A stretch of DNA of 32,000 bases from Candidatus Iainarchaeum sp. (GCA_016205145.1 JACQJH010000001.1:120001-152000), one strand, 5' to 3'. Positions 1 through 9,475 are shown, numbered from the stretch's first letter. A program made the numbers and translations. The notes: a model not told the origin generated them from the sequence alone.

Positions 1-22
1 ATACTCCGGCCTAAAACCGGTT

Positions 23-1009
23 TTGTCGGCTTATATTTTGACGATTTCGGTCGACCTTGAGGAAAAAACAGCGGTTGTTGAAAAGGGAAAGCTTAAGGAC
101 AGCATTGCACAGCAGGTATCAGAGTTCCAGCCGGCTTTTATGCTCATGGGAAAGTGCGCGGCTCCAATACTGCTCGGCATTGGATTTTTCGGGGACTTTT
201 TGGGTTCAGACAGCGGCCCGGGCTTAGACGGCGGTCCAGACGAAGGGGAAAAGATAGCTTACGGCTTTGACGCTTTCTGGGATGATTCGAAACAAAACCC
301 GATTCAGCTGTCGTGGAATCACGCCCAAAGTGACGGCCAGTACTATGTCGCAATTGAAATGTGGGCCACCGGCAACAGTTCGCCGCTTGGTTCAATTGAA
401 ACGACCATAGAGAACTTAAAGGACGGCCCGGCGTTCCCGTTGGGCCACGTTTTCAGTTATGACCTGGACGGCGGGGAAATTTATTATGGCGGGCAGCTGT
501 CATACCCGCACGAATTCAAGGTCGATGCCTATCTTTTGGACAGTGAATACAGCATTGTGGAAAAGTTCGGCTACAAGGAATTTTCAATTGGCGCGCCCCA
601 ACAGCAGGAGGCGCCGGATGCAGCAGGCGTTGTTTCGAATTTTGTTGCAAGATGGGACGCCGAAGACAGCCAGAACCCCCTGAAGTTTACATGGGATTTT
701 GTTCCGCAGGGCGGCCAGTATTTTGTGGCGCTTGACATGTGGAATACCGGCAACAGTTCGCCGCTTGGTTCGATTGAAATGACCATAGAGCGGTTAAAGG
801 AGGGCTCGCCGTTCCCGTTGGGCCATGTTTATGCCGCGGAAGACGGAAGCGGCTCGCTTTATTGGGGCGGGCAATACACTTATCCGGACGTGTTCAGGAT
901 ACACGCATACCTCTTGGACGAATCATATGATTTGGTCGGGGAAACAGCGTATGTTGAATTGACAAGAAACAATGCTGACGAAAGCCCGACATCGGTTCCC
1001 ATCGGATGA
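23..1009 (+). CDS. Secreted or membrane-associated protein with two tandem ~125-aa paralogous domains (family not recognised); the 5' end may lie upstream of the window
   Basis: The frame is open to the window edge. In-frame ATGs at 140/146 precede a hydrophobic stretch (CAAPILLGIGFF). Two halves (aa ~83-195 and ~209-318) share W..QNP...W...GQY.VA..MW.TGNSSPLGSIE.TIE.LK.G..FPLGHV...YP..F...AYLLD. Confidence 0.6.
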   Translation: MSAYILTISVDLEEKTAVVEKGKLKDSIAQQVSEFQPAFMLMGKCAAPILLGIGFFGDFLGSDSGPGLDGGPDEGEKIAYGFDAFWDDSKQNPIQLSWNHAQSDGQYYVAIEMWATGNSSPLGSIETTIENLKDGPAFPLGHVFSYDLDGGEIYYGGQLSYPHEFKVDAYLLDSEYSIVEKFGYKEFSIGAPQQQEAPDAAGVVSNFVARWDAEDSQNPLKFTWDFVPQGGQYFVALDMWNTGNSSPLGSIEMTIERLKEGSPFPLGHVYAAEDGSGSLYWGGQYTYPDVFRIHAYLLDESYDLVGETAYVELTRNNADESPTSVPIG

Positions 1010-1180
1010 AAAACCGTCCTGAACAGAAAAGGGCACGGCTTGTTGGCATCGTTCCGGTCTGGCCGGGCTTTGTTCGGGTGTTGCGCCTGTTTTTGCGGCA
1101 ACAGTTATTGTGCGTCTTCTTTTTTTGGCGTAGTTGCCCAAGGAATTTTCAGCCGGACCCAAATGCGCCGGGCTGACCGG

Positions 1181-1225
1181 GAATCGTAAAATAAAAAAGA
1201 AAAAGGCGCCGGCAAACGCCGGCGT
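1181..1225 (-). terminator. Hairpin plus T-run downstream of the 1240..2226 gene
   Basis: GGCGCCGGC-AAAC-GCCGGCGT forms a 7-8 bp GC stem (1205-1225). On the minus strand it is followed by TTTTTCTTTTTTATTTT. Confidence 0.5.
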
Positions 1226-1239
1226 TGAAGTGTTTTATT

Positions 1240-2226
1240 TCACTGGCAGCCGCACGTGCCGTCAGCGTTCGGCGCGGTCGAGCAGACGCCGAGCTTATTG
1301 TCCGGGGTAATACACACGATTTTGTTTCTTGCCCCGACCTGGAAGCCGGTGGTTGGCCTATGCCCTCTGTAGCTAAGCAATACGTCTCCGCCCAGCTCAA
1401 TTTGCTTCGCGTCGAGAAAAATATTGCTTTTGCGGCCAACGTAACCGCTTGCCCCATTATTTTCCATGGTAATGCCGGCATAATCATTTGAGCCGGCACT
1501 GCCGGACGGCGCAACAAACTGTTCGTTGCCCTGCTGTCGCAGTTCTATTCTATCGGCACTCACTGAGATACTTGAGTACAAAATGTTTCCGTCTGTCAGG
1601 GGTTGTTTCCGGTCTTCCATGTAAATCCCCCTCTGCACGTGATTTGGCATCCCAGTATTAAGCGATGAGTTCAAGCGAATATATGTAAAACCGTCGGCAT
1701 TTTTCGTCGCTATTTTGGTTGGAATGTCGGCATTTGTGCTGCCAAAATAGACCGAGTTTCTAAGCGTTTCGTTCGCCGCGTTCGGCCCGGCAACGCCCAT
1801 GTGCCCTTGTATGCCGCTGCCCGTGCCAAAGATGAGGCCAGCGTAACCGTCGTTTTTCGTGTTGGTTATTCTGAGCGGCGGGTATGTTTGGTCGGATTCT
1901 TTTATGTCGAGTTTTACTTCCGGTGTTGTGGTTCCGATTCCGATTTTGCCGGTTCTGTCAACGAATAATCTGTCTTTTTGCACCCAGAGGTCCCTGATTG
2001 CGAAAGAACCGGGGTAGATTGTTGAAGTGTCCTGCAGCGGCTGTCCTGTTATGCCGTCGGTTTTTCCTGCTCCAAGCGACCAGTACCTGTCGCCGTCAAG
2101 AATGTTAACTCTTTCGTTGGCGCTGAGCGTCAGCAATCCGGTTTTTTCACTTGCCTGCGCGCAGCCCGCAAAGAGCAGTGCGGCAAACAGTATTAGCGGG
2201 ATAAAAATCGTCCTTGTTTTTTTCAC
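1240..2226 (-). CDS. Lipobox lipoprotein, beta-rich surface protein with a tail-fibre-like GIGTTTP motif
   Basis: MKKTRTIFIPLILFAALLFAGC is a signal peptide plus lipobox. The internal motif GKIGIGTTTPEVKLDI recalls tail-fibre or collar-type surface proteins. The C-terminus is Cys-rich (CITPDNKLGVCSTAPNADGTCGC). Confidence 0.75.
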   Translation of the reverse strand: MKKTRTIFIPLILFAALLFAGCAQASEKTGLLTLSANERVNILDGDRYWSLGAGKTDGITGQPLQDTSTIYPGSFAIRDLWVQKDRLFVDRTGKIGIGTTTPEVKLDIKESDQTYPPLRITNTKNDGYAGLIFGTGSGIQGHMGVAGPNAANETLRNSVYFGSTNADIPTKIATKNADGFTYIRLNSSLNTGMPNHVQRGIYMEDRKQPLTDGNILYSSISVSADRIELRQQGNEQFVAPSGSAGSNDYAGITMENNGASGYVGRKSNIFLDAKQIELGGDVLLSYRGHRPTTGFQVGARNKIVCITPDNKLGVCSTAPNADGTCGCQ

Positions 2227-2369
2227 TTTTTCGCCTCCAAAAAAATCGTGGTTAATTTTATACGGTTAAAGGCTTTTTCTTGTATTTATTTGTTTCTTTG
2301 GCGTTTTCGGCTTTTTTTTTGCAAAACGCATAAATAGCTGTTTGTTTTTTTTGTTTGCTGGTGGTTTTT

Positions 2370-2795
2370 GTGAAATTTTCGGGTTTTCTGGCTTTAAGCA
2401 TTTTTTTCTTAGCCTTGCTGCTGGTTTTCGGTTGCGCAGCCGAAAAAGCGGGTGCAGTGGACAAGGGTTCGCTGAAAGAAGATTCCGCGGCGGGCGAAAA
2501 GGAAGCGGTCTCCGATGATTCGGAAGGAATTGCTGGCGAGGTGTCTGACGGAGCCTCTGCGGACATAAACGGCGTTTACAGTGTGGATTCAAATAATCCA
2601 GTTGAAACCCATGCGCCCGGCGTTTCCGCAGATGGTTCGGGCGCGCAGGATGCGAATGCACCGGATTCAAACGCTTCCGGCTCTGACGGCTTGAATCCGA
2701 TGCCTTATGGTGACGGAGCGGCTGTTTCAGACGGAAATGATGCGCAGGCTTCGGATGGCGGTTCAGGCGGCTCGCTGAGCGACATTTACGGGTGA
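2370..2795 (+). CDS. Small acidic low-complexity lipoprotein
   Basis: GTG at 2370 gives MKFSGFLALSIFFLALLLVFGC (lipobox) followed by a D/S/G/A-rich region. Alternative starts are 2355 and 2361. The overlapping antisense ORFs look like shadow ORFs. Confidence 0.5.
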   Translation: MKFSGFLALSIFFLALLLVFGCAAEKAGAVDKGSLKEDSAAGEKEAVSDDSEGIAGEVSDGASADINGVYSVDSNNPVETHAPGVSADGSGAQDANAPDSNASGSDGLNPMPYGDGAAVSDGNDAQASDGGSGGSLSDIYG

Positions 2796-2916
2796 GGCGG
2801 CCATTAGTTTGCCTTGGGCCTGCATGGTTTCGGCGATTGGCTGAATTCTTTTCCCTTTTTGCCTTTCGCCAAAATCCTTTTTTAAAACAAAAGCCATCAA
2901 CTTTTATTGTTGTTTT

Positions 2917-4317
2917 ATGCATTCATCGAGCATTTCAGGCTTTTATGAGCTTCCGGGGAAGGAGCGGCTTGCCAGGCTGAAGGATTTCGGCTTGTCGGCC
3001 GAGGATCTGAAGCTGTTTGAGGGAGCCGGGGCATTGGACTTTGAAACCGCGAACCGCATGGTTGAGAACTGCATTGGAACTTTTCAGTTGCCTTTGGGCA
3101 TTGCCACGAACTTTTTGATTAACGGCAAAGACGTTCTCGTGCCCATGGCCATCGAAGAGCCGAGCGTTGTGGCCGCGGCAAGCCATGCAGCAAAGCTTTG
3201 CAGAGAAACAGGCGGCTTTACCGCAACTTCGACTGAACCCGTAATGATCGGCCAGATTCAGGTTTTAGGGATTCCTGAAAGCGGGCTTGAAAAGGCGGTT
3301 GAAGATGTTCGGAATGCCAAGGCTGGTTTGATTGAGAAGGCGAATTCGGTTGACAGCACAATCGTGAAATTGGGGGGCGGGGCAAAGGATGTCAAGCCGG
3401 GCATAATTGAAACCGCGTCCGGAAAAATTCTCGTAATCCATTTGCTTGTTGACGTGCGCGATGCAATGGGCGCGAATGCCGTGAATGGCATGTGCGAGTC
3501 TGTTGCGCCTGAAATAGAAAAAATCACCGGCGGAAAGGTTTTGCTGAAAATCCTTTCCAACCTTTCAGTTTACCGCAAGGCGGAGGCGAAAGCCGTGTGG
3601 ACGAAAGAGGCATTGGAAGCAAGCACTAAAGGCGAGTTGAAAGGCGAAGAAGTTGTCGACCGAATCGTGAAGGCTTTTGAGTTTGCCGATGGCTGCAATT
3701 TCAGGGCGGCAACGCACAACAAGGGCATCATGAACGGCGTTGACGCGGTTGTCATTGCGACCGGAAACGACTGGAGGGCGGTTGAAGCGGGAGCGCATGC
3801 TTATGCCGCAAAGACCGGCAGTTACCGTTCGCTTTCGAAATATTACAAAAACGAAAACGGCGACCTGGTCGGGGAAATAAAATTGCCTTTGGCAGTTGGC
3901 CTGGTTGGGGGCGCGACAAAAACGCATCCGCTTGCAAAGGCATGCGTGAAGCTTTTGGGAGTGAAAACCGCGCGCGAGTTAAGCGAAATCATTGCGTGTG
4001 TGGGCCTTGCGCAAAACTTTGCGGCTCTGCGCGCATTGGCGACGGAAGGCATCCAGCGCGGCCACATGAGGCTGCATGCCAAAAACATTGCAGTGCTTGC
4101 CGGCGCAGTTGGAAAGGAAATCGACGTTGTAGCGGAAGAAATGCACAGGCAGGGCAGTGTCGGCGCGGACAACGCGAAAAGAATTCTTGAAGGGCTGAAA
4201 GCAAAACGCGCCCGGGCATCCGGTAAATTGCCCGCGAAAAAACCCAAAAACCCGCGCGCAAAAAGCAGTGGAAAGGCAAATGCAAAAAAAAGCGTTAAGG
4301 CAAAAAAGAAGCGTTAA
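2917..4317 (+). CDS. mvaA: HMG-CoA reductase, class II, with an extra Lys-rich C-terminal tail
   Basis: ENCIGTFQLPLGIATNFLINGKDVLVPMAIEEPSVVAAASHAAK, DAMGANAVN and ATHNKGIMNGVDAV match the class II (Pseudomonas mevalonii / Gram-positive type) enzyme as I recall it. The last 39 aa are K-rich. Confidence 0.93.
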   Translation: MHSSSISGFYELPGKERLARLKDFGLSAEDLKLFEGAGALDFETANRMVENCIGTFQLPLGIATNFLINGKDVLVPMAIEEPSVVAAASHAAKLCRETGGFTATSTEPVMIGQIQVLGIPESGLEKAVEDVRNAKAGLIEKANSVDSTIVKLGGGAKDVKPGIIETASGKILVIHLLVDVRDAMGANAVNGMCESVAPEIEKITGGKVLLKILSNLSVYRKAEAKAVWTKEALEASTKGELKGEEVVDRIVKAFEFADGCNFRAATHNKGIMNGVDAVVIATGNDWRAVEAGAHAYAAKTGSYRSLSKYYKNENGDLVGEIKLPLAVGLVGGATKTHPLAKACVKLLGVKTARELSEIIACVGLAQNFAALRALATEGIQRGHMRLHAKNIAVLAGAVGKEIDVVAEEMHRQGSVGADNAKRILEGLKAKRARASGKLPAKKPKNPRAKSSGKANAKKSVKAKKKR

Positions 4318-4416
4318 GGCAATCGACGAAATTATGCTTGTGATTGGACGAAGTTATTTAAAGCTTGCATCGGATAGGTTTTTTACTGGAAAAAGTTTTG
4401 CCGGATTTGTGGTTTG

Positions 4417-5460
4417 ATGGTTGGCATTGTCGGTTACGGCATTGAAATTCCGAGGCTGCGCATTACTGTTGACGAAATCGCTTCCGTCTGGAAAAAGGAC
4501 GGCGCGCGCATTGCCGCGGGCCTTGGCCTGAAGGAAAAAGCCGTTGCAAGCTTTGACGAGGATTCCGCAACCTTATCAGTCGGGGCTGCCAGAAAAGCCG
4601 TTGATGTCGCAAAAATCAATCCGCAGAAAATCAACGCGGTTTTTGTCGGTTCGGAATCGCATCCTTATGCTGTCAAGCCGACCGGCACGATTGTCGCGGA
4701 AGCGGTTGGCGCGGTTCCCGAAGTGTTTACGGCCGACTTGGAGTTTGCGTGCAAGGCCGGAACAGCCGGAGTGCAGATCTGCTATTCCATGGTCAAGTCC
4801 GGAATGGTCGAATATGGCCTGGCTGTCGGCGCTGACACTGCACAGGGCAGGCCGAACGACGCGCTTGAATTCACTGCCGGCAGCGGCGCGGCCGCGGTCA
4901 TTGTCGGCGGGAAAAAGAATGAAATCATCGCGGAAATCGATGCGACCTGCTCTTTTACGACCGACACCCCGGATTTTTGGAGAAGGCAGCATGCGGAATT
5001 TCCAAGACATGCCGGCCGCTTTACAGGGGAGCCGGCTTATTTCAAGCACATTCTTGGCGCGGCTGAACTGCTTTTTTCAAAGACCAAATCAAAGGCTAAG
5101 GACTACGATTTTGCGGTTTTCCACCAGCCGAACGGAAAGTTTCCTGTTCAGGCCGCAAAAATCCTTGGCTTTGAAAGGCAGCAGATCGAGCAGGGCCTCA
5201 TAACCCCGCTCATCGGAAACACTTACTCGGGCAGTTCCATGATTGGATTGTGCTCGGTTCTGGATGCGGCAAAGCCCGATGACAGGGTTTTGGTTGTAAG
5301 CTATGGCTCCGGCGCGGGCTCGGATGCGTTCGCGTTGACGATTACAAAAAACATCAGGGACAAGAGGGCAAAAGTGCCGGTCCTTGAAATGGTGAAGGAC
5401 AAGGAATACATTTCCTATGCCGAATATGCAAAGCACAGGAGAAAAATAAAAAGCCTTTGA
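4417..5460 (+). CDS. mvaS: HMG-CoA synthase, archaeal type
   Basis: MVGIVGYGIEIPRLRITVDEIASVW at the N-terminus, about 348 aa, with EFACKAGT, HQPNGKFP and GNTYSGS motifs. TTG at 4414 is an alternative start. Confidence 0.92.
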   Translation: MVGIVGYGIEIPRLRITVDEIASVWKKDGARIAAGLGLKEKAVASFDEDSATLSVGAARKAVDVAKINPQKINAVFVGSESHPYAVKPTGTIVAEAVGAVPEVFTADLEFACKAGTAGVQICYSMVKSGMVEYGLAVGADTAQGRPNDALEFTAGSGAAAVIVGGKKNEIIAEIDATCSFTTDTPDFWRRQHAEFPRHAGRFTGEPAYFKHILGAAELLFSKTKSKAKDYDFAVFHQPNGKFPVQAAKILGFERQQIEQGLITPLIGNTYSGSSMIGLCSVLDAAKPDDRVLVVSYGSGAGSDAFALTITKNIRDKRAKVPVLEMVKDKEYISYAEYAKHRRKIKSL

Positions 5461-5488
5461 GGCATGCGGATTTGCATTTGTGGTTTTT

Positions 5489-6649
5489 ATGAGAAGCGTT
5501 TCAATTATCGGGGTAGGCCTTTCCAAGTTCGGCGAGCAGTGGGACAAGAGCTTCCGCGAGCTTGTAGCCGAGGCCGGGGTCAAGGCAATTCAGGATTCCG
5601 GGCTTGAAGGCAGGGAGATCCAGGCGGTTTTCGGCGGAACAATGGCTTCCGGAAAGTTCATCGGCCAGGAGCACATCGGCGCTCTGATTGCCGACCAGCT
5701 CGGCCTCAATCCATTGCCTTCCACGCGCATGGAAGCGGCGTGCGCTTCCGGCGGAGTTGCGTTGAGGAACGCTTTCACTGCTGTTGCGTCCGGCATGTAC
5801 GATGTTGTCGCTGTCGGCGGCGTTGAGAAGATGACTGAGGTTTCAACTGAAGCCGCGGCTGACGCGTTGGGCGGAGCGGGCGACCAGGAAACGGAATTGT
5901 TTCATGGCGCGACCTTTCCCGCGCTGTACGCCTTGCTTGCGAGGGCGCACATGGAAAAGTTCGGCACGACGGAGGAAATGCTTGCCTCCGCCGCAGTGAA
6001 AAACCACGCGAACGCAGTGCACAATCCTTATGCGCAGTTCCAGCGCGCGATAACGATTGAGGATGTCCTGAATTCCGCGCCTGTTTCCTCGCCATTGAAG
6101 CTCTTGGATTGCTCGCCGATAACTGATGGCGCTGCGGCATTGCTTTTATGCGAAACCTCGAAGGCGAAAAAAATCGCAAAGCAGCCGGTTGAAATAATCG
6201 CTTCAGCGCAGGCATCGGACAGCCTTGCCCTGACCGGAAGGAAAAGCCTGACCGAGCTGAACGCGACCAAGATTGCGGCGAGGCAGGCGTTTGAAATGGC
6301 GAAAGCCAAGCCTGAACAGGTCGACTTTGCCGAAGTGCACGACTGTTTCACGATTGCCGAAATTCTTGCAATCGAGGACATAGGTTTTTTCAAAAAAGGC
6401 GAGGGCGGAAAGGCAACTTTGGCTGGAGAAACCGCGATTGGGGGCAGCAGGCCGATCAACACGTCCGGCGGCTTGAAAGGAAAAGGCCACCCCGTTGGCG
6501 CGACAGGAATTGCACAGGCGATTGAAGCGTACTGGCAGTTGAATGAAAAGGCCGGCAAGCGCCAGGTCAAGGGTGCAAAGCTCGGCCTCTCGCACAACGT
6601 CGGCGGAAGCGGGGCAACGGCTGTAGTGCATGTGTATCGGAGAGTTTGA
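5489..6649 (+). CDS. Acetyl-CoA C-acetyltransferase (archaeal thiolase)
   Basis: MRSVSIIGVGLSKFGE at the N-terminus, MEAACASGG active-site Cys context, HDCF, and NTSGGLKGKGHPVGATG near the C-terminus. GTG at 5480 is an alternative start. Confidence 0.92.
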   Translation: MRSVSIIGVGLSKFGEQWDKSFRELVAEAGVKAIQDSGLEGREIQAVFGGTMASGKFIGQEHIGALIADQLGLNPLPSTRMEAACASGGVALRNAFTAVASGMYDVVAVGGVEKMTEVSTEAAADALGGAGDQETELFHGATFPALYALLARAHMEKFGTTEEMLASAAVKNHANAVHNPYAQFQRAITIEDVLNSAPVSSPLKLLDCSPITDGAAALLLCETSKAKKIAKQPVEIIASAQASDSLALTGRKSLTELNATKIAARQAFEMAKAKPEQVDFAEVHDCFTIAEILAIEDIGFFKKGEGGKATLAGETAIGGSRPINTSGGLKGKGHPVGATGIAQAIEAYWQLNEKAGKRQVKGAKLGLSHNVGGSGATAVVHVYRRV

Positions 6650-6666
6650 GGTTGAAGGTGGATTGA

Positions 6667-7071
6667 ATGGTTGACGGATCGCTTCCATTGATTTGGCGCA
6701 ATTTTTCCGAACGCTACAACCTTATGGGCAGCAAGTGCAAGTCGTGCGGAAAATCGTTTTTTCCGACACGCCTGATCTGCCCGAATTGCAGGACAAAGGG
6801 AAAGCTTGTTGCGGAGCAGATGCCTTTCACCGGCAAAATAGTTTCGTGGACAAAGGTTTTTGTCGGGCCGCAGGGCTTTGACATGGAAACGCCTTACTTC
6901 CTTGCATTGATCGAGCTGGACAACGGCGCAATGATTTTGTCGCAGCTTGTCGACAACGACGACGGCAAAGTCAGGACGGGTGCGCGCGTCGAAAAGGTTT
7001 TCCGCAAACTCCAGGACAATGACGCGGAAGGCGCGATTGCATACGGTTATAAGTTCAGGGTAACGGGCTGA
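6667..7071 (+). CDS. DUF35 zinc-ribbon/OB-fold protein, scaffold partner of thiolase and HMGS
   Basis: CKSCGKSFFPTRLICPNCRTKG forms a CxxC...CxxC ribbon, followed by an OB-like segment. It lies directly downstream of the thiolase, as in the known archaeal three-protein complex. Confidence 0.88.
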   Translation: MVDGSLPLIWRNFSERYNLMGSKCKSCGKSFFPTRLICPNCRTKGKLVAEQMPFTGKIVSWTKVFVGPQGFDMETPYFLALIELDNGAMILSQLVDNDDGKVRTGARVEKVFRKLQDNDAEGAIAYGYKFRVTG

Positions 7072-7191
7072 TTTAAGCGAACCCCGACCGACCTGCACAG
7101 CATGCATTTCCTTTTGTTGGTTCAATTGCAAAAAAGCGCTTGTCCATTTTGAACCAAAAACAAGATAATCCGCTTATTGCCATTTGTTTGC

Positions 7192-7467
7192 ATGGCGAAA
7201 AAATTCTTTTTGGCAATGGCAGTTTTGCTTCCGGCAATGGTTTTGGTTTCGGGCTGCATTGGTCCAGGGCCGACAAAGCCCGAACTATGCGAAAAGATTT
7301 CTTCCAATGAAATAAAGGCGCAATGCTATTGGGAAAGCGCGACAATCGACAGGAATCCGGGCCTGTGCCAAAAGGTTTCGGATGCGCAAAGCAGGGACCT
7401 ATGCTACAAGGATGTCGCAACCGGAAACGTGCACTGGTCGGCTAACGGCAATAGCCCCGCTGACTGA
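7192..7467 (+). CDS. Small lipobox protein with two Cys-pair repeats
   Basis: MAKKFFLAMAVLLPAMVLVSGC (lipobox), then LCEKISSNEIKAQCYWESA and LCQKVSDAQSRDLCYKDVA. TTG at 7177 is an alternative start. Confidence 0.6.
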   Translation: MAKKFFLAMAVLLPAMVLVSGCIGPGPTKPELCEKISSNEIKAQCYWESATIDRNPGLCQKVSDAQSRDLCYKDVATGNVHWSANGNSPAD

Positions 7468-7522
7468 AAGGCCATGAGAACAATTTTAACGGCTTTTGCG
7501 CATTTTTTTGACTGTCTTTTGC

Positions 7523-8455
7523 ATGCCATTCGATTTTTTTCCGCTGGTTTTGACTGCTTTGGGCCTGGCCCTGTTTGAAATCATCACAAGCCTCGACAAC
7601 GCAGTGATTAATGCCGACGTCCTCTCAAAAATGTCTGATTGGGCGAAAAGATGGTTCCTGTTGTGGGGCCTGCTTATCGCGGTTTTCATTGTGAGGGGCA
7701 TCCTGCCCTGGCTGATAGTTTTCGTTTCAAATCCCAGGCTCGGCCTGTTGGGCGCGCTCACTGCAACCTTCAGCTCCGACCCGGTAGTGATGCAGGCTGT
7801 CGCGGCTTCAAGGCCCGTGCTGTTGATTGCGGGCGGCGTTTTTTTGGTATTCCTGTTCTTCCACTGGCTTTTTCTGGAACAGAAGAATTTCGGATTGTTC
7901 GGGGAAAGGCGCATCCAGCATTACGGCCTCTGGTTTTTCGCGGTCGTCTCAATCCTGCTCACGTTAATAACCTGGTTTGCAATCAACAAAAACCCTTTCA
8001 TGGCTTTCGGCGCGGTTGTCGGCTCGACCGCTTTTTTCATAACGCACGGCTTCAAGCAGAACGCGGAGCAGAAGGAAAAGGAACTGCTGCACGGCAATGC
8101 CATGGGCGACTGGAGCAAAATCCTTTACCTTGAAGTGATTGACGCGACGTTTTCCATTGACGGCGTCGTGGGCGCGTTCGCATTCACGATGTCAGTGCCC
8201 CTCATAATCTTGGGCAACGGCCTGGGCGCGCTTGTTGTCAGGGAATTCACCGTGCACAACATTGAGACAGTGAAAAAATACAGGTATTTGAAAAACGGCG
8301 CAATGTATTCAATCATGTTTTTGGGCGTGATAATGATTCTTGAAAGCTTCGGCGCCGAGTTCCCGCAATGGCTGTCCCCTGCGATAACCTTCGGGGTAAT
8401 AGGCTATTTTTTCTGGAAATCGAAAAAGGAGCTCGGGGCGAAAACAAACCTTTAA
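7523..8455 (+). CDS. DUF475 / TerC-superfamily integral membrane protein
   Basis: EIITSLDNAVINADVLSKMS...WFLLWGLLIAVFIVRG matches my recollection of the DUF475 N-terminal signature. There are multiple hydrophobic spans. ATG at 7523 is preferred over TTG at 7496. Confidence 0.78.
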   Translation: MPFDFFPLVLTALGLALFEIITSLDNAVINADVLSKMSDWAKRWFLLWGLLIAVFIVRGILPWLIVFVSNPRLGLLGALTATFSSDPVVMQAVAASRPVLLIAGGVFLVFLFFHWLFLEQKNFGLFGERRIQHYGLWFFAVVSILLTLITWFAINKNPFMAFGAVVGSTAFFITHGFKQNAEQKEKELLHGNAMGDWSKILYLEVIDATFSIDGVVGAFAFTMSVPLIILGNGLGALVVREFTVHNIETVKKYRYLKNGAMYSIMFLGVIMILESFGAEFPQWLSPAITFGVIGYFFWKSKKELGAKTNL

Positions 8456-8479
8456 AGGGAGTTTTCGGCAAAAAGGCTT

Positions 8480-9424
8480 TTGGTGTTTCTCTTGGCGGAA
8501 GGAAAGGGCTTCGGAAAAACAATCCTTTTCGGCGAACACTTCATAGTTTACGGCCTTCCGGGAATTGCCTCCGCTTTGGGCGATTACACGACCGCACAAA
8601 TCGAGAAAAGCCCTGGCTTCGAATTTGTTGACAACCGCCCTGAAACGCCCGGCTACAAGGAAACCAAAAAAGACGAAATCAACAGGCAGGTTGACGCCCT
8701 GCTGGAATATTTCAAGTTCGACAGGCAGACCGCGCCTTTCAGGATAACGCTTTCCGGCAGCCTTGTCTGCGCTTCGGGTGTCGGGGCGAGCGCTGCGCTC
8801 GCGACAAGCATTGCCCGCGCATTCAATCAGGAACTCAGGCTCGGCTTAAGCGACACGCAGATAAACAATGTTGCTTTTTTGGCGGAGGAAGCCGGAAGCG
8901 GCGCCCCATCCGGAATCGACAACACCTGCTCGGTTTTCGGCTGCTTCATAACGTTTGAAAAGAACCTTGCGGGCGGGCCGAACAGGATTGATTTGCTGAA
9001 AGTCAAAAAGCCGGCTGAAATCGTTCTGGCGAACTCCGGCATAACCCAGGAAACAAAAATCGTTGTCGGAGACGTGAAGGCTTTGAAGGAAAAAAAGCCG
9101 GAATGGTTCCAGGGCATAGTGGATGAATACCTGGCGCTTTACGGCAAAGCGGTGGATGCGATAAAAATTGAGGACTGGAAGACCGTGGGAACGCTGATGA
9201 ACAAAAACCACGAACTCCTGCAAAAAATAACCGTTTCCTGCAGGGAACTGGACGAAATGCAGGCAACCGCCTTGAAGGCGGGCGCGTTCGGGGCAAAGCT
9301 GACGGGCACGGGCAGGGGCGGAATGCTTGTCTGCCTCACTCCCGGAAAAGCTTTGCAGGAAACGGTTGCAAAGGCGTTGGACCAAAAGGGATTTCCAACG
9401 ACAAAGACTTCGATTGGCGGATGA
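8480..9424 (+). CDS. mvk: Mevalonate kinase (GHMP kinase)
   Basis: GKTILFGEHFIVYGLPGIA, GSLVCASGVGASAALATSIA and GAKLTGTGRGGMLVCL. The start is GTG. Confidence 0.9.
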   Translation: MVFLLAEGKGFGKTILFGEHFIVYGLPGIASALGDYTTAQIEKSPGFEFVDNRPETPGYKETKKDEINRQVDALLEYFKFDRQTAPFRITLSGSLVCASGVGASAALATSIARAFNQELRLGLSDTQINNVAFLAEEAGSGAPSGIDNTCSVFGCFITFEKNLAGGPNRIDLLKVKKPAEIVLANSGITQETKIVVGDVKALKEKKPEWFQGIVDEYLALYGKAVDAIKIEDWKTVGTLMNKNHELLQKITVSCRELDEMQATALKAGAFGAKLTGTGRGGMLVCLTPGKALQETVAKALDQKGFPTTKTSIGG

Positions 9425-9475
9425 ATGGAAGAAAGGATTTCGCATGATTTGCATGAAATATTTTGGTGAGACGCT

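Noticed and set aside
2266-2922. 218-aa and 102-aa minus-strand ORFs opposite the acidic lipoprotein gene
   Set aside because: Their products are extreme Arg/Lys/Pro low-complexity sequences, and one ORF runs into the HMGR promoter and start. The plus-strand lipobox ORF is more protein-like, although it is only moderately supported itself.
6028-7131. 367-aa minus-strand ORF
   Set aside because: It is antisense to the thiolase and DUF35 genes, whose products carry clear family signatures. It has no plausible domain.
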